A stretch of DNA of 64,000 nt from Lama glama (Eukaryota): the NCBI GenBank assembly GCA_028534125.1, contig CM052817.1:2978001-3042000 (forward strand). The letters are read 5' to 3'. A program made the position numbers and the translations under genes. This document shows, piece after piece, positions 62,661 to 64,000 of this stretch. Under the pieces are notes generated by a model. The model did not search any database. It saw only the letters and a program-made list of their open reading frames with translations, and was not told the DNA's origin. The first letter of the stretch is position 1; the number at the start of each line of letters is the position of its first letter.

Positions 62661-63614
62661 TGCGCACGTGGGGTGGCCGGACTCCAGGAAACAGCTGTGA
62701 GGAGCTGCAGCGGCTACGACGCTTTGCCGGGAAAGTGGAAAAGCCTGTGTGGTGACGGCGGCCTTGGCTGGCGGCGGGGAGGAATAGAGACGTGTGGGCA
62801 GGTCTTACTCGGCCCTGGAGAAGCAGCCCCTCCGGCCCGAAGGAGAGAGCGTGGGTCAGGCAGTGGAAGAGTTGGATACTGGGCAGGTGGTCCTGGGGAG
62901 CACACGGAGAAGGCCGTTCAGAATACATCCGGGGAAACGCTGAATGCCTGGACTCTGATTGCTTGCCCGACCTACAGAGAGCCGGCTCACAGGTGGTAAG
63001 GAAGCGTGATGGCTCCGGAGGGCTCCCCAGATCTTCTGGAAGCCCTGCAGACTTGAGTTGTACGATGCTACACCCTGCTTAGGTGTAGGTGTTTCCTAAG
63101 AGCTTCGTTTATATGCAAATCCCTAGGGCTCTGGTGGGTGACCACCCTTAGATCTTAAGAGAAAAGCTATGTTCATATGAAAGAGTGTTAATCTGAAAAT
63201 TGATTGCAAGAACTTCTCCTTCCTTCCTTGCTTTGGCATCCAGGGGGACCCTTTGTACGTCCTGTCTGGTAGCTGTGGGAGGTGGTCCCCTTTCCCTCAA
63301 CGTGCTTTTGCTGAGTCCATGGTTAGTGTTGAATACTGTGGGGCACCGGAAGGAACCCAGCAATGTCCACAAAGCTGTCCCTCACACCAGGGTTGGCAGT
63401 CCAGTGGGGGAGCTGGACGGCTCAGCACACGGTCATAATGCTCTCGGAGGCACGATGTAGGCTCTGGAGAAACTTCCTGTTCATCTTCCTCATTTTTTCT
63501 GGGACCAGTGTTCTTAGTTTTATTTGACCATTCTATTGCCCATAAAAAAAATTGGCCACAGCCACTCACCAGGCCAGGCTTATCTTAGAAAATAATCCAT
63601 AGAGTAATTATCAT

Positions 63615-63865
63615 AAAATGGTCAAAGCAGGGCCTTTGGACTCAGATCTGTGTTCAGATTCTTTGTTATGTTCTAGCGGGATGGCTGTGAGCAAATGATT
63701 AACTGGAGAGACTTAGCCACTTGCTCACTTAGTAACCTTAGGCAACCTCTCTGAGCCTTAGTTTCTTCACCTGTAAAATGGGCACAAGGCCAGCTTCTAC
63801 CTCATAGGGTTGTTGGGAACACACATGAAGTCATACGTGTAAAGGGACTGGAACAGTGCCCGATG
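63615..63865 (+). mobile_element. MIR SINE
   Basis: tttggactcagatctgtgttcagatt...ctctctgagccttagtttcttcacctgtaaaatggg...ctacctcatagggttgttgg. Confidence 0.75.
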
Positions 63866-64000
63866 CTTCTGACTGCTGTGTGAGGATTTGCTTAAAGAAA
63901 AGCAAACAAAGTGGCCCTGGCTTCTTATTCCCCCATACATGGGGACGATCGTGTCTTCGCATCATTATTTTGAGGATTAGATAGTGTCATGTGTAAATGC

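Noticed and set aside
29578..64000. AFAP1 coding exons
   Set aside because: No segment encoding the recalled AFAP1 N-terminus (MEELIVEL...) or any other recognisable domain was found; coding exons probably lie beyond the window.

Overview
Mammalian genomic DNA, most likely camelid: a tRNA-derived SINE of the camelid Vic-1 type lies at ~44.9-45.05 kb. The first ~21 kb hold the 3' end of ABLIM2 on the + strand. There are five coding exons (1337-1398, 7074-7128, an 8-nt microexon 8496-8503, 8707-8787, 19599-19712) that splice in frame to ...[106 protein letters not shown], ending in a villin headpiece domain, followed by a ~1.6 kb 3'UTR. A CpG-island promoter with a non-coding first exon at ~29.2-30.3 kb most likely belongs to AFAP1, by recalled ABLIM2-AFAP1 synteny. 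The remainder reads as its long first intron, full of L1, L2, MIR, MaLR/ERV LTR and hAT fragments, with a 500-N scaffold gap at 51320-51819. None of the listed ORFs is a real protein as given. I found no convincing novel gene system. The most interesting signal is a frame-coupled three-exon splicing module in ABLIM2, in which two exons carry the same ACTAACAT (QKI-type) motif at almost the same distance downstream. Repeat family names are from recalled consensus features and their boundaries are approximate unless TSDs are stated.
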